From an uncultured cyanobacterium (GTDB lineage Bacteria > Cyanobacteriota > Cyanobacteriia > Cyanobacteriales > Cyanobacteriaceae): a stretch of 64,000 nt of DNA. Made by a program: the position numbers and the translations under genes. The first letter of the stretch is position 1; each line of letters starts with the position of its first letter. Of the stretch, positions 60,167-64,000 are shown in pieces. Where the stretch lies: NCBI GenBank assembly GCA_963749915.1, contig CAVVOP010000021.1, positions 704,001 through 768,000 on the forward strand. Direction: 5' to 3'. The notes below the pieces were generated by a model. That model ran no database searches, was not told where the DNA came from, and was given only the letters and a program-made list of their open reading frames with translations.

Positions 60167-60298
60167 TTATGAAGTCCTCCCGAACACACACACCACACGA
60201 AAACCGATAGCGTCGTCGTCGTGCGCGCGCGTATAGTCGCCGTAGCGGTAAGCACAACGGCAGTAGTCCGGATTATCGTGCCATGAACCACCCCGCAT
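60167..60298 (-). other. Putative DGR variable region (VR) with IMH-like 3' end
   Basis: GC-rich stretch with variable-looking NNC/NNT codons (CAC GAT AAT..GAC TAC..TAC GGC GAC TAT..CAC GAC GAC GAC GCT ATC) between A-poor constant codons; ends GGTTTTCGTGTGGTGTGTGTGTTCGGGAGGACT. Confidence 0.65.
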
Positions 60299-63200
60299 TA
60301 CATTAGTATTTTTATTTTCCGTAATCCAAGCACTCCCATCCCTTGGTGCATTTTCATAGTTCTTATGCCAACTATCCTCACACCATTCCCAGACATTGCC
60401 GTGCAGATCGTACAAACCAAAGCCATTAGGGGGAAACATTCCCACAGGAGTTGTTTCGCCTCTAGAGACTCCTTTTGGTTCGTCTGCATAAATCTCAGTT
60501 CCATTATAATTTGCTAAATCTGAGGTGATAGTTTCACCAAAATGAAAGGGGGAGTATATAATTTGATTGATTTCTGATTCATCACTGCTCACTGATAACT
60601 GCTCACTGCTCACTGATAACTGCTCACTGGTAACTGATAACTGCTCACTGGTCACTGCTCGGCAGGCATATTCCCACTCAGCTTCCGTCGGTAAGCGATA
60701 TTCTTGTCCCGTTAGTTGAGAAAGACGATCGCAAAATTCCTTGGCTTGATACCAATTTACTCGTTCTACGGGTCTATCCCATCGAGTAGGATGATCTCCA
60801 TAAGATGGTAAGTCTAATTTACTTCGTGTGCTGGTAAAAGCAAAAGATTGAGGATTACCTTTAAAGTAAGATGGTTCAAGAGTAATTCTAAATCCTCTTT
60901 TACTTTTAAATCAATTCGGAGGGCGATCGCTTTCCATTGCCCTTGAGTAATGGGATACTTACTCATGTAAAAAGAAGGTACTGTGACTTGATGCTGAGGT
61001 TTTTCCCTTCGATACCCTTCCCAATTAAATTTTTTAACCAGCCTTTCGATTTCCTCATCTTCTGTACCCATCATAAATGTCCCACCGGGAAGATAAACCA
61101 TGTCAAGGTTAAGCTTATTTTCTAAATATTCATTATCTTCTTGACTAGCAGTTGAATCGTAGATATTGGCAGAATAGTAATAAGCTCGAACTGGTTTTCT
61201 TTCACTAATTGTGCCAGTGCGATGGACAAAAACAGTTTCTGATTGCAAAAGCAATAAATCCTGCTTAACAAACAATTGGCTAAAGAGAAGGTTAATAGCC
61301 GAGTCAATTCTTCTGTCTAATTCTTCTTGATAAATCTTCATCTTTAAGACGATTTCGCGATCGCTTACACCTTCAAGATATTTCAGTTCAAGGGGAATAC
61401 GATACTCTTCGGGTAACAGCTTGATCTGTTCGAGCATGCGCTGATAAAGTTGACTATTAGAAATAACAGATTGATCAACTTTACTTCGCAGTTGTTTAAA
61501 TAATTCTTCTTCTCCTCCTCTGAGAACTTTAACCGTAACGATTTCGATATCTTCAGTGCGACTAGGTAGAGAAATAGGAGGACTTGGTGGAAATTTAGAG
61601 CCGTTTTCTACCTTCTGTGCTGCTTCTATTGATTCAGCAAAACGAGCATAAGCTCCTCCTAAATGTTTTAAAACTTGGGTACTAATTTCAGCAAAATGTT
61701 TGACATCAAATTCATTTATATTTTTCTCTTGTTTCAGTTTTTCTAACTCATCAGGTTTTGTCAATAAAGCATAAAAATCTTTCAAATTTTTACCCATTTG
61801 TTTGGCAAAATATCGAGAAATGACCTCAATAATATAACGAGAATCTGTTTTTGGACTTTCGGAAAGGAGTAAACCTCTTATTTTCTTCTCATCCTTACCA
61901 TCGGAATCATCATCAATAAAACGATATAAAACCTGATCTGCTTCTGTTTCTGGTGTAATTAACTCTTGCGGTTTTAAAATTCCTCCTAAGAAAACTTCTG
62001 CCACATGAACTTGATCCGATTGAGTTAATAATGTCCTCTGGATTAACCGAACAATAGGTAAATTAATCACAGGTGCAGCAGCAAGTAATCTCGCTAAATT
62101 TCGAGCCAAGGGAGAAGAACTCATATTGAAGTTGTCAACTCTTTCTTTACTGCTTAATTGAAAGGTTTCTGATTTATTTTCTTCACCTTCAACCTGTTCT
62201 TTTATAAAATCAAGAGGAAACACAAAACCCCCTGCCCCAATAGGGCTTTTCCCTGCTACCATCTCACACCAAGTTTCGGCAGATTCGGGTTGCAAACAAA
62301 AGACAGGAACTTTGAGATCATTTTCCGTCACATCATCCCAGATCAACATTTCCTTGATGTACAGGTTACGATTTGCAACCGCAGGTATGCGACTGTCTAA
62401 CTGTACCATTGCTCCTAAATTTAAAGCTGTTCTGAGCCACATCCGTTCGGGTAACATTTGTAAAATGGCGACAATATTATGTTTTCCCCAAGTTTTTAGA
62501 ACAGAAAAAGCCTTACCATTATGCCAAATTGGGTTGACACAATCACTCACAACCAAGATTAAACGACGACCACTTGGATCAACTAATTTCTTGGGAGAAT
62601 AAAGATTAAAAGAAGATGATTTTTGCTCATGATTTGCTCTTTTTTTGCGAGTCCATCGTCTTAAATAAATGTTTTCTGGAGCTTGTAAATTATCTTGCTC
62701 TTTTTTAGCTGTCACCATCTCCCAAGTTTGCATATTACGAAAGATGCCATAATGTTTGAGCAGTTGTTGTAATTCTTGAGTAGCTCGCTGCCAAAAGATC
62801 ATCGAATCACTTTTATCCACCACTAAAGCGAGATCAAATCGCAGTTCTAAGGGGGATTTCAACACAGGAATACAAATTCCTTCTAATTCAGCTATCCGAT
62901 TTATAGTGGCTTCTTCATCTAAGAAAACAGCTTTTCCCGAAGCTATATATTGAATTAGGGGACGTAAGGCTTTAGCGATTTGGAGAGGATGACGAAGAGA
63001 GGCAACATCGGGAACTTTAATGGGCAGAGAACTTCCACTTTTCTTTTTTCTTGATGAGTTTCCTCCATTTATGGGTGAAACAGGAACAAAATTAGTAGTA
63101 CCAGAACCAGTGCTTGAGGTTGAACCCGAAGTAGTGCTAGAACCAGTGCCTGAAGTTGAACCTGAAGTAGTACCAGAACCAGAGCTTGAAGTTGAGCCTG

Positions 63201-63354
63201 AAGTAGTGCTAGAACTAGTGCCTGAAGTTGAACCTGAAGTAGAGGAGTGAGGAGAACTTTGCAGAGTCAACCAGAGAATTTCAGCTATTTCTGTTCCAGT
63301 TAGCTTTAATTCTTTCTCTAGAATTCTAATTAAGCTTTCAAATTTCCCACTCAT
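60167..63354 (-). CDS. SAV_2336-like vWA + sigma70-r4-like HTH + FGE-sulfatase (CLec) protein, one frameshift near 60880
   Basis: [32 protein letters not shown]...W (vWA of MoxR ternary systems). GGTFMMG, PQHQV, PITQGQW, then in a shifted frame [43 protein letters not shown]. Confidence 0.85.
60581..60660 (-). repeat. In-frame STRR heptamer array (CAGTGAG/CAGTTAT/CAGTTAC) inside the FGE domain
   Basis: Encodes (SEQLSV[T/S]) x3 immediately after EWEYACRA. Confidence 0.9.
63095..63245 (-). repeat. Ser/Thr/Gly low-complexity coding repeat
   Basis: TSGSTS(G/S) units repeated about 5 times in the vWA protein N-terminal linker. Confidence 0.85.
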
Positions 63355-63435
63355 ATTTTTCTTGGTTTGACTCTAACATTGTTCGATTACATAAGGTATT
63401 TCATTTTTTTAGTCAATTTTTAACAGCTAAATATT

Positions 63436-64000
63436 TTACATTTCATCACTCGCTGAAAGACTTTTTAATAATAATTCCTTTAAGTCAGGAGTAAAAGCTT
63501 CAGGAGTCAGATTATTTCTAATATAAATCGTATTTAATAACTGATCTGTTGCTCTTTCTGATTCTTCTTTTTCCAAGAAGGCGTTAATTAAATTACTGAT
63601 TTTTGTTTTAGTATTATCAAAATGATCATCCCCAAAATGAGCTTCAATAATATTGTGTAGAGCTTTTTGATTAGGATCAGGCATTTTTACTCTTAAGCAA
63701 CGGCGGATAAAAGCTGGAGGAAAGTCTCTTTCACCGTTACTAGTCATAACAACAATGGGAAAATCAGTACAATGTACTCTACCTTGTCTGATAGAAGCTT
63801 TGACATCTTTATCTTCCGTACGAACTTTAACAACTTGAGATTTCTTTTTATTTTCCTCTGTTTGAGAGGTGTCAGCCCAACGTACTAATTCAGGGATTTC
63901 ATATTTACCATCTTCAAATAAATGTAGTAAATCATTAGGTAAATTAATATCACTTTTGTCAATTTCATCAATTAATAAAACTCTGGGAAAAAGGGAAGGT
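63436..64000 (-). CDS. MoxR-family AAA+ ATPase, 5'-truncated by window edge
   Basis: Manual translation: PRVLLIDEIDKSDINLPNDLL..FEDG.YEIPEL ... PIVVMTSNGERDFPPAFIRRC ... RATDQLLN. Confidence 0.92.
   Translation of the reverse strand, partial: PSLFPRVLLIDEIDKSDINLPNDLLHLFEDGKYEIPELVRWADTSQTEENKKKSQVVKVRTEDKDVKASIRQGRVHCTDFPIVVMTSNGERDFPPAFIRRCLRVKMPDPNQKALHNIIEAHFGDDHFDNTKTKISNLINAFLEKEESERATDQLLNTIYIRNNLTPEAFTPDLKELLLKSLSASDEM

Noticed and set aside
63020..63250. 76-aa plus-strand ORF rich in EPEV repeats
   Set aside because: Antisense shadow of the Ser/Thr/Gly linker of the vWA gene.
1..64000. Complete DGR cassette (RT, avd, template repeat)
   Set aside because: No reverse transcriptase motifs and no AAC-rich second copy of the VR were seen; only a candidate target is supported.

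Overview
Cyanobacterial chromosomal window: low GC, recurrent HIP1 octamer GCGATCGC, heptamer STRR repeats, Uma2 genes and a psbA remnant. It has five parts. (1) 1-24.0 kb, open at the 5' end: a co-oriented cluster for a probable halogenated glycolipid. It encodes a CylC/BrtJ-type dimetal halogenase, a probably non-elongating KS-AT0, an ACP, an uncharacterised beta-hairpin-docking/class II aldolase-like enzyme, 2 SDRs, 3 MGDG-synthase-like glycosyltransferases, a GMC oxidoreductase, UDP-galactopyranose mutase, a methyltransferase, a polyprenol-kinase-like protein, an MFS exporter, a CylK/BrtB-like RTX/beta-propeller protein and DevB/DevC-like export genes. (2) 24.1-33.8 kb: rdgB, nadC and psbA 3' remnants, and a partly eroded copper/heavy-metal island ending in IS1634. 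(3) 33.8-42.7 kb: housekeeping genes (GMP-PMM fusion, purB, Ser/Thr kinase, PMM/PGM) with a decayed IS200/IS605 element. (4) 42.7-60.1 kb: higBA, IS fragments, MITEs and a heavily pseudogenised surface-polysaccharide locus, ending in ISAs1. (5) 60.2-64 kb, open at the window end: a MoxR plus vWA(SAV_2336-like)-HTH-FGE/CLec gene pair. Its 3' end looks like a diversity-generating-retroelement variable region, but no RT or template repeat was seen in the window. No rRNA, tRNA or CRISPR array was seen. All calls come from reading motifs by eye; no searches were run.
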